A stretch of 64,000 nucleotides of DNA from an uncultured Pseudomonadales bacterium (GTDB lineage: Bacteria > Patescibacteriota > Microgenomatia > UBA1400 > PJMF01): positions 45,082 to 109,081 of the forward strand of contig CAYWDM010000001.1 of assembly GCA_964457085.1 (NCBI GenBank). Direction: 5' to 3'. The position numbers and the translations under genes were made by a program. The notes under the pieces are model-generated. The model saw only the letters and a list, made by a program, of their open reading frames with translations, searched no databases and was not told where the DNA came from. Shown in pieces: positions 37,905-46,523 of this stretch. Every line of letters starts with the position of its first letter. The stretch's first letter is position 1.

Positions 37905-38022
37905 AGTTTAATCATAGATAATTACCCAAACTTACATTAAGTATATTATTTCATTACAGGGACTAAATTGAATTCGAACTCACTATCCTCAAAGGAAAAA
38001 TTCTGCTTCGTATCATTTTTAT

Positions 38023-38096
38023 ATTCTTAAGTGTCTCTTTTGCAACTAACAATTAGAGATTTGTTTATTAAACCTCTTAGAATACACTTAAAGAAT
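38023..38096. repeat. imperfect 12-nt inverted repeat (ATTCTTAAGTGT ... ACACTTAAAGAAT) in the AT-rich leader upstream of wzt
   Basis: Arms at 38023-38034 and 38084-38096, separated by about 49 nt. Confidence 0.3.
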
Positions 38097-38226
38097 ACAA
38101 ATTGCCTGCACAGCAGATTTAAGTCGAGAAGACAATCAATCAGATTGACACTATAGTGTTTTTTTCAATAAACTTTTACAACCATACCAACGAAACTAAT
38201 CTTCACAGTAGAATTTGCAGAGTTTT

Positions 38227-38235
38227 TGCTACAAT
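38227..38235 (+). promoter_or_regulatory. extended -10 promoter element TGcTACAAT for wzt, conserved in both wzt copies
   Basis: TGnTACAAT sits 9-10 nt upstream of ATG 38245, implying a very short or leaderless 5' UTR. The identical element precedes the remnant copy at about 32124-32132. Confidence 0.3.
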
Positions 38236-38244
38236 GGATACGTC

Positions 38245-38952
38245 ATGACCCAAGATACAGACTTAGCTATCAAAATAAATCACGTTAGCAAACTTTTTCA
38301 TAAACAGAAACAGCGTACTTTTAAAGAACTCATCCCTGCATTACTTGGTGGTGAAAAAGCAATTGATAGTTTTTGGGCACTACAAGATATAAATCTGGAG
38401 ATTAAAAAAGGCGAGACAGTAGGAATTATTGGACCCAATGGTAGTGGTAAAAGTACACTACTAAAGTTAATTGCTGGAGTAAGCAACCCCACAAAAGGCA
38501 CAATTACCGTCAATGGTCGAATTGCCCCGCTGATTGAACTCGGAGCAGGATTTCACCCAGAACTTACTGGTCGTGAGAATGTGTTTATGAATGGAGTTAT
38601 TCTAGGAATGTCTAGGAAGGAAATTGAATTAAAATTCAACCAAATAGTCGATTTTGCTGAACTATGGGAGTTTATTGATCAGCCAGTCAAACACTATAGC
38701 AGCGGCATGTACTTGAGGCTGGCATTTGCGGTGGCGATTCATACTGAACCGGAAATACTACTGGTGGATGAGATTTTAGCGGTAGGAGATGCTGCTTTTC
38801 AGGAGAAATGTTTTAACGTAGTCAAAAGATTTCAAAAAATGAAAATTACAATCATCATTGTCTCACACAACATAAGTCAAATTAACAATTTCTGTTCTAC
38901 AATAGTGAGACTAAATTTAGGAAAAACTATCAATGTCGAGAACAGAAATTGA
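38245..38952 (+). CDS. wzt: ABC transporter ATP-binding protein Wzt/TagH-like (nucleotide-binding domain only)
   Basis: Walker A GPNGSGKSTLL, Q-loop, ABC signature YSSGMYLRLAFA, Walker B ILLVDEILAVGD and H-loop VSHN. Only 235 aa, so there is no C-terminal carbohydrate-binding domain. Confidence 0.85.
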   Translation: MTQDTDLAIKINHVSKLFHKQKQRTFKELIPALLGGEKAIDSFWALQDINLEIKKGETVGIIGPNGSGKSTLLKLIAGVSNPTKGTITVNGRIAPLIELGAGFHPELTGRENVFMNGVILGMSRKEIELKFNQIVDFAELWEFIDQPVKHYSSGMYLRLAFAVAIHTEPEILLVDEILAVGDAAFQEKCFNVVKRFQKMKITIIIVSHNISQINNFCSTIVRLNLGKTINVENRN

Positions 38953-39379
38953 AAATCAAATTAAGAATTCATCTTTAAAACTAATTATGGAGATGTCTTT
39001 AGCTCTTAAAAATAATTCTGTGAAAAAATCTTTTTCTCCTCAAGATGACAAGATTTTTTCTCAATTAGTAACTGAACTAGAAGCTAATTTTTACTCCTTT
39101 AAAAGGAGCGATGACCTAAAAAAACCATTTAGTCCTCTTAGAAGCTTGGTATATGAGTACCTATTTAGATATCTACGGAAACAAATACTATTTAACCAAG
39201 CCACCAAAGAGTCACTTAAACTGCTTGCAGCCAGAACATTAAGTTTTCCTATGAATGAGGTGTATGAACTAAAAAAAGAAAACGAATTGTTAAAATCAGA
39301 AATTGAAAGCATAAAAAAAGTACTTTCAAAGCTTGAAAGTACTCAAAGTAAAAATCGACGCTATATTAATCGCATATGA
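38933..39379 (+). CDS. coiled-coil protein of unknown function
   Basis: 148 aa, charged and helical with a C-terminal heptad-like stretch (ELKKENELLKSEIESIKKVLSKLEST). Overlaps the wzt stop by 20 nt and the next GT start by 4 nt. Confidence 0.4.
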   Translation: MSRTEIENQIKNSSLKLIMEMSLALKNNSVKKSFSPQDDKIFSQLVTELEANFYSFKRSDDLKKPFSPLRSLVYEYLFRYLRKQILFNQATKESLKLLAARTLSFPMNEVYELKKENELLKSEIESIKKVLSKLESTQSKNRRYINRI

Positions 39380-41598
39380 AAAAGGCATTGATTATTGATT
39401 GCCAGATTTTCCAGAGTAGTACTTACTTTCGAGGAATTGGTAGATATTCCTTAAAATTATTGGAAAATATTTTGCCGTTACTTAAGGAAAAGGGTTTTTC
39501 AAATATTTTATTTCTTTTAAATAAAGACATTTCCACTTCAAACGATTTATCGGTTCTAAAAAAACTCAAGGCTGAATTCATTTTTATTAATTTAGGAAAA
39601 AACCCAAAAGCTAACCTCACCAATGAGAAACAAAAAATTAGATTGATTGACAGATACATTAGTCAAGAATTGTCTGAATTTGATGTATTTTTTCTAATGT
39701 TGAGTAATTTTGAAATTAATAACTCTTTCAGTGTTTTTCCAACAGAAACAACAAACTTACTTTTATTTTATGATTTGATACCTCATTTATTTCAGGATTT
39801 CTATTTAAGAACATCCGAGTTTGCTGATGAATATTATTTTAGATTTCGTAATATATTCAAAGCACATCAAATATTCAGTATTTCTGAAACTACAAAAAAT
39901 GATTTAATTACCTTTTTAAACATTAATGCAAATAAAATAATAAATATTGCTGGAGCTAGCATCATTTCGGTTGACTCACCTAGAAAAAAAATAAATAAAT
40001 TTAAAAATTACATACTTCTTCCAACAGGCAATGAATATAGAAAAAACAACCGGTACGCAATTAAATGCTTTGAGAGCTTACTAGATGACGAAAAATTTGA
40101 AGACGTTGAACTAGTTTTGACTTCAAACTTTGATTCTGACACTTCAAATCAACTCTTAAACGATATAAACGATTCGGTCGCGAAACGAATTCATTTTGCT
40201 GGCAATGTTTCAGACAACGATCTCTCCATACTATATTCTGAGGCTAGATTAATATTTTTTCCGTCATTATACGAAGGCCTAGGACTTCCTGTACTTGAAG
40301 CAATGACTTATTCGAAACCGATAGTAGCTTCAAACATATCTGTCTTTAGAGAATTCCAAGATAAAAATCTTATTTTTTGCGATTCCAAAGATGTTAGATC
40401 AGGAGTTAAAGCCCTAAAACTCCAACTTAAGAAATCGACAGCAATTGATTATTCCAAAACTCTTTTAAATTTTACTTGGACTAATTCAGCTACACAATTT
40501 ATTAAAAACCTCATTCCAGCTGTTAATCAAACACATAATAGAAAAAAGGTTGCAATTTTAACTCCAAATCCAGAAGGCTATTCTGCGATTGGCAAGGTAA
40601 CTCAAAATTTAGCTGCTTATTTGTCAGACTTTGTTGATGTAACCCTATTCATTGAAGATGGGGATAGAAATGTTGAGATTAGGAAATCATTTGCAAAATA
40701 TTGCTGGCCCACCAAATATTTATATGAAACAAATATAAACGAGCTTAATTCTTTTGATCGTATAATTATTCAAATGGGTAACTCAGCGTTCCACAGACTT
40801 TCATATCTTTGGGCTAGTATTATTTCAAGCAAGCTAATTCTTCATGACACTAATTTGCAGGGTTTAATTAATTGTATGTCAGATGAAAATGCTGAATTTG
40901 AGAACAGAATAAAGCTAGAAAAAGACTATTCAAAGGTATTAAGAATAAATAAAATCTCATACCCCAGTATTCTTGAAAAAGCCTCACAAGTAGTAGCACA
41001 TTCGATATTCGCAAGAAAACAGTTGTTGTCATATAAATCGAAATGCATCATCGCTGGCTTGCCAGTTCCAGGATTTATTAACACATTTAAAAATAAATCA
41101 AAAAAGCTCAAAGTTGGATTTGCAGGCATTATTGCAGACGCCAAAGGATTGAGTTTGCTGGAAAAACTGATATATAAATTCGATGATATTGAATTCATAA
41201 TTTTTGGCTTTCAACTCGGCAAACTACCAAATTTTTTAGGCACGGACATCTCTCAAAATGTTAAGTTGTATGTAAATCCGACCGACTTTGAATTTAACAA
41301 TTGTCTTGAAGAAATAGACTTACTTCTTTCATTTAGAGAAACAACAAATGGAGAGTCATCGCTATCAACACTTGAAGCAATGAGAGTCGGAGTACCGCCA
41401 ATTGTAAATAATATTGGTTGGTTTTCTGAGATTCCCGATAACTCTTGCTTTAAAGTTACTAGCCATGATGATGTTATCTCTATGTTTTCTGATTTACTGT
41501 CTCTTAGGAGAATAATTGACGAGAAGATTCCAAACTGCAAAAAATTTATCGAGAGTTATCATTCTTTCAACGACTACTCTAAATTTTTGATAAAATGA
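39376..41598 (+). CDS. tandem-domain GT4 glycosyltransferase (two Glycos_transf_1-like modules; WbdA-like architecture)
   Basis: First module FFPSLYEGLGLPVLEAMTYSKPIVASNISVFREF at about aa 290-325; second module ETTNGESSLSTLEAMRVGVPPIVNNIGWFSEI near the C-terminus; 740 aa. Confidence 0.7.
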   Translation: MKKALIIDCQIFQSSTYFRGIGRYSLKLLENILPLLKEKGFSNILFLLNKDISTSNDLSVLKKLKAEFIFINLGKNPKANLTNEKQKIRLIDRYISQELSEFDVFFLMLSNFEINNSFSVFPTETTNLLLFYDLIPHLFQDFYLRTSEFADEYYFRFRNIFKAHQIFSISETTKNDLITFLNINANKIINIAGASIISVDSPRKKINKFKNYILLPTGNEYRKNNRYAIKCFESLLDDEKFEDVELVLTSNFDSDTSNQLLNDINDSVAKRIHFAGNVSDNDLSILYSEARLIFFPSLYEGLGLPVLEAMTYSKPIVASNISVFREFQDKNLIFCDSKDVRSGVKALKLQLKKSTAIDYSKTLLNFTWTNSATQFIKNLIPAVNQTHNRKKVAILTPNPEGYSAIGKVTQNLAAYLSDFVDVTLFIEDGDRNVEIRKSFAKYCWPTKYLYETNINELNSFDRIIIQMGNSAFHRLSYLWASIISSKLILHDTNLQGLINCMSDENAEFENRIKLEKDYSKVLRINKISYPSILEKASQVVAHSIFARKQLLSYKSKCIIAGLPVPGFINTFKNKSKKLKVGFAGIIADAKGLSLLEKLIYKFDDIEFIIFGFQLGKLPNFLGTDISQNVKLYVNPTDFEFNNCLEEIDLLLSFRETTNGESSLSTLEAMRVGVPPIVNNIGWFSEIPDNSCFKVTSHDDVISMFSDLLSLRRIIDEKIPNCKKFIESYHSFNDYSKFLIK

Positions 41599-42731
41599 AA
41601 AAGATTTTGATAATTAGTCCCTTTTTGCCCTCAAGGGATGTTGATGGTGGCTCAAAACGTTTATTTTTTTTATTAAAAGAGCTGTCAATATACTTTGATA
41701 TAGATTTAATTTATTTAAGGACTGAGCAAACTCCGCATCTTGATCAGAGAATTAAAGTTTTTTGTAAAAAAGTTACATCAATTGAGATTGAACATAACAT
41801 AACCTCAGTGTGGAGTACACCGTTTTGGTTTTACAAGTGGTACTCAAAAAAACTTCGTGAAGAAGTTGACATGCAGCTTAAAAAAACAAAATATTATTTA
41901 ATTCAAGTAGAATCTACCCAACTACTTTACCTTTCAGATTTACTTCCAAAGCATGTTTTTAAAATTTTTTCTGCTTACGATGTTTCCACGATTTCTTTCT
42001 TTAGACGACAATTTGATAAACCGCTACCAGTCAGAGTCTTAAATTATTTTAGAGTGTTTCGGGTATATCTTTTTGAACTATTCAACCTAAGTAAATTTAA
42101 CCTAATTCTATCTGTTTCGATTGATGACGCACAATACATTAAGAAACTTTTTGGAATTAATTGCACTCTGGTCCTTGAAAACGGAATAGAAGAAATTAAA
42201 AAAAGAGTCAAAAATACTTCTAATAAAACCATTGTTGGCTTTTTAGGCTCATATGAGCATCATCCAAACACACAGGCTGTATCATTCATTATTAATAAAA
42301 TTTTACCAGAAATTGATGGTACTGATTCTATTTTGTTTTGCATTGCTGGCGGTAAATTGCCATTTAAGCCATCCTCGCCTTTAATAAACTATATTGGATA
42401 TATCAAAAATTTGGATGACTTTTTTTCTCAAATAGATGTATTCATTGCACCAATTTTTTCTGGATCTGGCTCTAGAATAAAGATTCTTGATGCCTTAGCT
42501 CATAAAATTCCCGTTATTTCAACAAATATTGGAGCAGAGGGGCTTCCCAGTTGTGTTACAAAATACATAAGAATTGCGAACTCAGGGAAAGAATTCGCAA
42601 TTGCATTGAAAACTTTGAACAAAGAACACGTTAGCATTTTTTCAGATGCAGATCTTAAGAACATTATTTGGAGCAATATAGTATCAAAATATGTTTTTCA
42701 GCTCAAAAAAATAATTAATGAGTATGAATAG
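41595..42731 (+). CDS. GT4 (Glycos_transf_1) glycosyltransferase
   Basis: FSGSGSRIKILDALAHKIPVISTNIGAEGL C-terminal block. Confidence 0.7.
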   Translation: MKKILIISPFLPSRDVDGGSKRLFFLLKELSIYFDIDLIYLRTEQTPHLDQRIKVFCKKVTSIEIEHNITSVWSTPFWFYKWYSKKLREEVDMQLKKTKYYLIQVESTQLLYLSDLLPKHVFKIFSAYDVSTISFFRRQFDKPLPVRVLNYFRVFRVYLFELFNLSKFNLILSVSIDDAQYIKKLFGINCTLVLENGIEEIKKRVKNTSNKTIVGFLGSYEHHPNTQAVSFIINKILPEIDGTDSILFCIAGGKLPFKPSSPLINYIGYIKNLDDFFSQIDVFIAPIFSGSGSRIKILDALAHKIPVISTNIGAEGLPSCVTKYIRIANSGKEFAIALKTLNKEHVSIFSDADLKNIIWSNIVSKYVFQLKKIINEYE

Positions 42732-44085
42732 AAAAATTTGGTTTGACATTTCATATCTCTCAAATTGGTCTGGCAACCCAGTAGGTATAATTAGAGTTCA
42801 AATGGAGCTAGCTCATAGATTGCTTCAAACAGATGGCGTGTCATTTTGCAAATATAATTCAAAAAACTGTTCCTTTGAAAAAATACCCAAATCTGAAGTG
42901 ATGTCCATTTTACTGAGAATCAAAAGTGGATCCAATAAAACTAAGGTAATTCCTAAACACTCAAAGCTAGGATTTTTAAAAAAAGATTTATTTAATTTGA
43001 TTAAATCAAAGAGCACGAATCGAAGTTTTCATATTGCTATTGATTTATTGTCAGAAAGAATTAGCGATTTCTTTTTTAAGTATTTAATAATGCCATTCAA
43101 GTTGATGAGGTTAAATGGATTGATTTGCAGCTTTAAAAAATTAAATTTTATAAAAAGACAACCAGATTCTATTTTTGATCAGAACTCGATATACATCAAT
43201 ATAGGTTTACATTGGGAAGAGCCTATTTTTTATGAAATTTTACAACAAAAAATATTAAAGAATTTGAGTGTGATCACAATGTGCTTCGATTTAATTCCAG
43301 TTTTGAAACCTGAATATTTTCTCAATAAGTTGACTAAAATATTTCGGTACTATTTTTTTCTTCAAAATAAAGTGTCTGACAAAATCGTGTGCATTTCAGA
43401 ATTTACAAAAGTTGAATTTGAGAAATGGACAAGAAATAATTTCAATCATACAGCCTCAACAATGGTAATCCATTTATCAACACCCAAAAAAAATACTTCA
43501 AAAAATATTTTGGTACCCAATCGATTCGGTATATATACCCCGTTATCATTTATTTTATATGTTTCTACAATTGAATCAAGAAAAAATCATCAGATATTGT
43601 TTGATGCGTACAAACTTGCATACAAAAAAGACAAGCTGAATGAAATGCCACACTTAATTTTGGTTGGCAGATTAGGTTGGGGTGTTGAAAAAACAATTTC
43701 TGATTTTTACTCAAATTCTGAGCTGCAACAGAAAATATCCATATTTCACGATGTTTCAGATGCGGAGTTACATAATCTTTATTTGAATTGTTGCTTCACT
43801 GTTTACCCATCAAAATATGAGGGCTGGGGCTTGCCTATTTCTGAGTCCCTTGTATGGGGGAAATTTTGTATTGCTTCGGACAATTCATCCTTGAGAGAGG
43901 CAAGTCAAAATCTTGCTGAGCATATTTCTGAGACTGACGTCGAACTATGGTATAGAGTAATCTTAAAATATTACCAAAACGAATCTCTATTAAAGATAAA
44001 AGAAGAAAATATTAAATTGGAGTACAGATCAAGATCCTGGGAAAACTTTTATAATGACTTTATGAGTTACGTCTTGAAAGAGTAG
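42718..44085 (+). CDS. GT4 (Glycos_transf_1) glycosyltransferase with an N-terminal extension of about 250 aa
   Basis: VYPSKYEGWGLPISESLVWGKFCIASDNSSLREA block. Confidence 0.7.
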   Translation: MSMNRKIWFDISYLSNWSGNPVGIIRVQMELAHRLLQTDGVSFCKYNSKNCSFEKIPKSEVMSILLRIKSGSNKTKVIPKHSKLGFLKKDLFNLIKSKSTNRSFHIAIDLLSERISDFFFKYLIMPFKLMRLNGLICSFKKLNFIKRQPDSIFDQNSIYINIGLHWEEPIFYEILQQKILKNLSVITMCFDLIPVLKPEYFLNKLTKIFRYYFFLQNKVSDKIVCISEFTKVEFEKWTRNNFNHTASTMVIHLSTPKKNTSKNILVPNRFGIYTPLSFILYVSTIESRKNHQILFDAYKLAYKKDKLNEMPHLILVGRLGWGVEKTISDFYSNSELQQKISIFHDVSDAELHNLYLNCCFTVYPSKYEGWGLPISESLVWGKFCIASDNSSLREASQNLAEHISETDVELWYRVILKYYQNESLLKIKEENIKLEYRSRSWENFYNDFMSYVLKE

Positions 44086-44128
44086 GTATTTGTCTTACCA
44101 TATTGATACAATTAGTTGTAATTAATTC

Positions 44129-45052
44129 ATGAAAAAACTGTTTATAACAATTCCAGCATTCAATGAGGAAAAGTCAATTGCGGCTGTTATAAAATCCATT
44201 CCAAAAAAGATCCCTGGTATTAGTTCTATCAAAATTTTAGTTTGGAGTGATGGATCATTGGACAATACTGCCACAGTTGCGAGTGAAGCTGGTGCAGATT
44301 ATGTTTTTAATAGTCCAAGGAATTTTGGTTTGGCATACACATTTGATCAGGCAAGCAAAAAAGCAATTGAACTTGGTGCAGATATAGTTGTGAATACTGA
44401 CGCTGACAACCAATATGACCAAAAAGAGATTTTAAATCTAGTCAAACCAATTCTCGACAATAAAGCAGACATAGTAAGTGGAGATAGACAGATCGCTACC
44501 CTTTCACATATGCCAAACTCAAAAAAATATGGCAATATGATTGGCAGCTGGGTTATTAGAAATTTATCTGAATCCAACATTCAAGATGCATCTTCTGGAT
44601 TCAGAGCCTATAACAAAAAAGCAATTCAATTATTTAGGATATTTTCAAGACACACATACACACATGAAACATTAATCCAAGCTGTATATGGTGGTTTGTC
44701 AGTGATTGAGGTGCCTGTGACATTTAAGAAAAGATCCTCAGCATCAGGACAATCACGGCTAATTGGTGACGTAATAAGCCACATTCTCAAGTCTGGACTC
44801 ACCATAGTTAGAACTATCCTAATGTTCAGAGCACTAAGGTTAATGCTGATCCTTGGTTCAATAGAATTATTTTTTGCATTGATACTTAGCTTGCGCTATC
44901 TATACCTACTTTTGGTATTAAATGTTGGAGTAGGCCACACACAATCTCTAATCTTAGCTTCTATGCTGTTTACCATGTCACTAATCTCCTATTTACTTGG
45001 TATTATTGCTGACTTAATTGCGGTTAACCGCAAAATCATGATAGGTTGGTAA
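44129..45052 (+). CDS. GT2 polyprenyl-phosphate glycosyltransferase (GtrB/ArnC/DPM1-like) with C-terminal TM helices
   Basis: LFITIPAFNEEKSI...VWSDGSLDNT...VVNTDADNQYD GT2 blocks and two C-terminal TM helices. Confidence 0.8.
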   Translation: MKKLFITIPAFNEEKSIAAVIKSIPKKIPGISSIKILVWSDGSLDNTATVASEAGADYVFNSPRNFGLAYTFDQASKKAIELGADIVVNTDADNQYDQKEILNLVKPILDNKADIVSGDRQIATLSHMPNSKKYGNMIGSWVIRNLSESNIQDASSGFRAYNKKAIQLFRIFSRHTYTHETLIQAVYGGLSVIEVPVTFKKRSSASGQSRLIGDVISHILKSGLTIVRTILMFRALRLMLILGSIELFFALILSLRYLYLLLVLNVGVGHTQSLILASMLFTMSLISYLLGIIADLIAVNRKIMIGW

Positions 45053-45060
45053 CTATTTAT

Positions 45061-45954
45061 ATGAATTTTAACTTTTCATTTGATTTCTGGACATTATGGG
45101 GGCTCTGTGCTCAAACTTTGTTTTTTGGCAGGTTTGTACTGCAGTGGCATCAATCAGAAAAAGCTAAGAAGGTTGTGATGCCTACATATTTTTGGCATTT
45201 AAGCTTGCTTGGTGCTGCCATGTTCGGTGTGTATGCGTTAGTTCGACAGGACATAGTTTTTATCATTACAGCCATCTTGCAATTAGTTCTCTATGGTAGA
45301 AATCTAGTAATAGCTATTAACCAGCCAAAAGAACCATCTCCATTTGTTAGCGGAAACTTAGAAGATAAATATCACACTAAGAATCCAGTTTCAAAATTAT
45401 TAATGAATCATTTTCTACGTGAATTTACTCACATACTAGATGAAGCTAAATCAAGGCACTCAATTAAAACGATATGCGAAGTTGGTTGCGGAGAAGGTGA
45501 ATTGCTTAAAATTCTTCATCAAAAATTCCCAGATGCTAAATTGTCTGCCTGTGATATTGCGAATTCCGAAACAAAAAAAGCTAAAACAAACACAAAAGAT
45601 TTTAATGTTCATTTTACAAACCAAAATGCCGAAAAATTATCTCAATATACTAATAAACAATTCGACTTAGTTATTTGCTGTGAGGTGCTAGAACACTTAG
45701 AAAATCCTCAGAATGGAATCTCAGAGCTAAATAGAATTGCCAAATTTGGAGTAACTTCTGTTCCTCTTGAACCACTCTGGAGTTTACTCAACCTCTTTAG
45801 ACTAAAATATATTTCTTCTCTGGGAAATACTCCAGGGCATTTGAATAATTGGTCATCGCAATCATTTATGTCGAATATTCTTAATCAGAAATCAACTATT
45901 ATCCTCAAAAAACTGCCATTACCATGGCAAATGTATTTACTAAAATTTGAATAA
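45061..45954 (+). CDS. fusion protein: LAB_N (lipid-A-biosynthesis N-terminal type) 3-TM domain plus class I SAM methyltransferase
   Basis: N-terminus GLCAQTLFFGRFVLQWHQSEKAKKVVMPTYFWHLSLLGAAMFGVYALVRQDIVFIITAILQLVLYGRNL matches the LAB_N consensus (F-x-R-F-x-x-QW-x-x-SEK-x-K-x-x-x-P-x-x-FW ... Y-x-RNL). C-terminal ICEVGCGEGELLKIL ... DLVICCEVLEHLENP is the methyltransferase motif I/II. ATG at 45061 chosen; the ORF in the track opens at a TTG at 45046. Confidence 0.6.
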   Translation: MNFNFSFDFWTLWGLCAQTLFFGRFVLQWHQSEKAKKVVMPTYFWHLSLLGAAMFGVYALVRQDIVFIITAILQLVLYGRNLVIAINQPKEPSPFVSGNLEDKYHTKNPVSKLLMNHFLREFTHILDEAKSRHSIKTICEVGCGEGELLKILHQKFPDAKLSACDIANSETKKAKTNTKDFNVHFTNQNAEKLSQYTNKQFDLVICCEVLEHLENPQNGISELNRIAKFGVTSVPLEPLWSLLNLFRLKYISSLGNTPGHLNNWSSQSFMSNILNQKSTIILKKLPLPWQMYLLKFE

Positions 45955-45959
45955 AACAT

Positions 45960-46523
45960 ATGTCACAAGAGTCTGAGGGTATTTTTTCACCATTTCTAAG
46001 AAAACAGCGTTATGTACAAGCCAAGAAATATGTACCAAAACGTGCAAAACTGCTTGATATAGGCTGTGGGTCTGGAGGTTTTAGTCACTATGTACCAAAG
46101 TCTGTTAGTTATTTTGGAATAGATGCGCAGCTTCGATGGCCAAAAAAAATTAAGAACTTCGGTGTGGCAAAAATAGGCAAAAAGTATCCAATGTTTGTCC
46201 AAGAGGATTCCTTCGATTGTATCGTTAGCTTGGCGGTTATCGAGCACTTATCAGACCCACTAATACTAATTACTGAGTCACAGAAATATCTCAAAAACAA
46301 TGGCGTGCTGATTCTCACGACTCCGCATCCTATAGGTAGATTTTGGCATGACTATGGCGCCAAAATAGGTTGGTTTAGTCATGAAGCTAGTGAAGAACAT
46401 GAACAATTTATAGATTTGAGGTTCATGAACAAAATGCTAAATGGTACAAAAATGAAATTGATCAATTATCGCAGATTCTTATTTGGATTTAATCAGATTT
46501 TTGTGCTGAAAAAAACTCTGTAA
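45960..46523 (+). CDS. class I SAM-dependent methyltransferase
   Basis: AKLLDIGCGSGGFSHYV motif I and DCIVSLAVIEHLSDP motif II-like. Confidence 0.7.
   Translation: MSQESEGIFSPFLRKQRYVQAKKYVPKRAKLLDIGCGSGGFSHYVPKSVSYFGIDAQLRWPKKIKNFGVAKIGKKYPMFVQEDSFDCIVSLAVIEHLSDPLILITESQKYLKNNGVLILTTPHPIGRFWHDYGAKIGWFSHEASEEHEQFIDLRFMNKMLNGTKMKLINYRRFLFGFNQIFVLKKTL

Noticed and set aside
37960-37995. tRNA-like T-loop motif (gaattcgaactc) in the AT-rich spacer before wzt, considered as a possible tRNA attachment site for the cassette.
   Set aside because: No acceptor stem, anticodon arm or CCA-compatible 3' end could be built around it, so it is probably a chance match.
38933-39379. Coiled-coil ORF considered as a missing C-terminal domain of Wzt (a split gene).
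   Set aside because: It is in a different frame and overlaps the wzt stop by 20 nt, and it has no resemblance to Wzt carbohydrate-binding domains. It is kept as a separate protein of unknown function.
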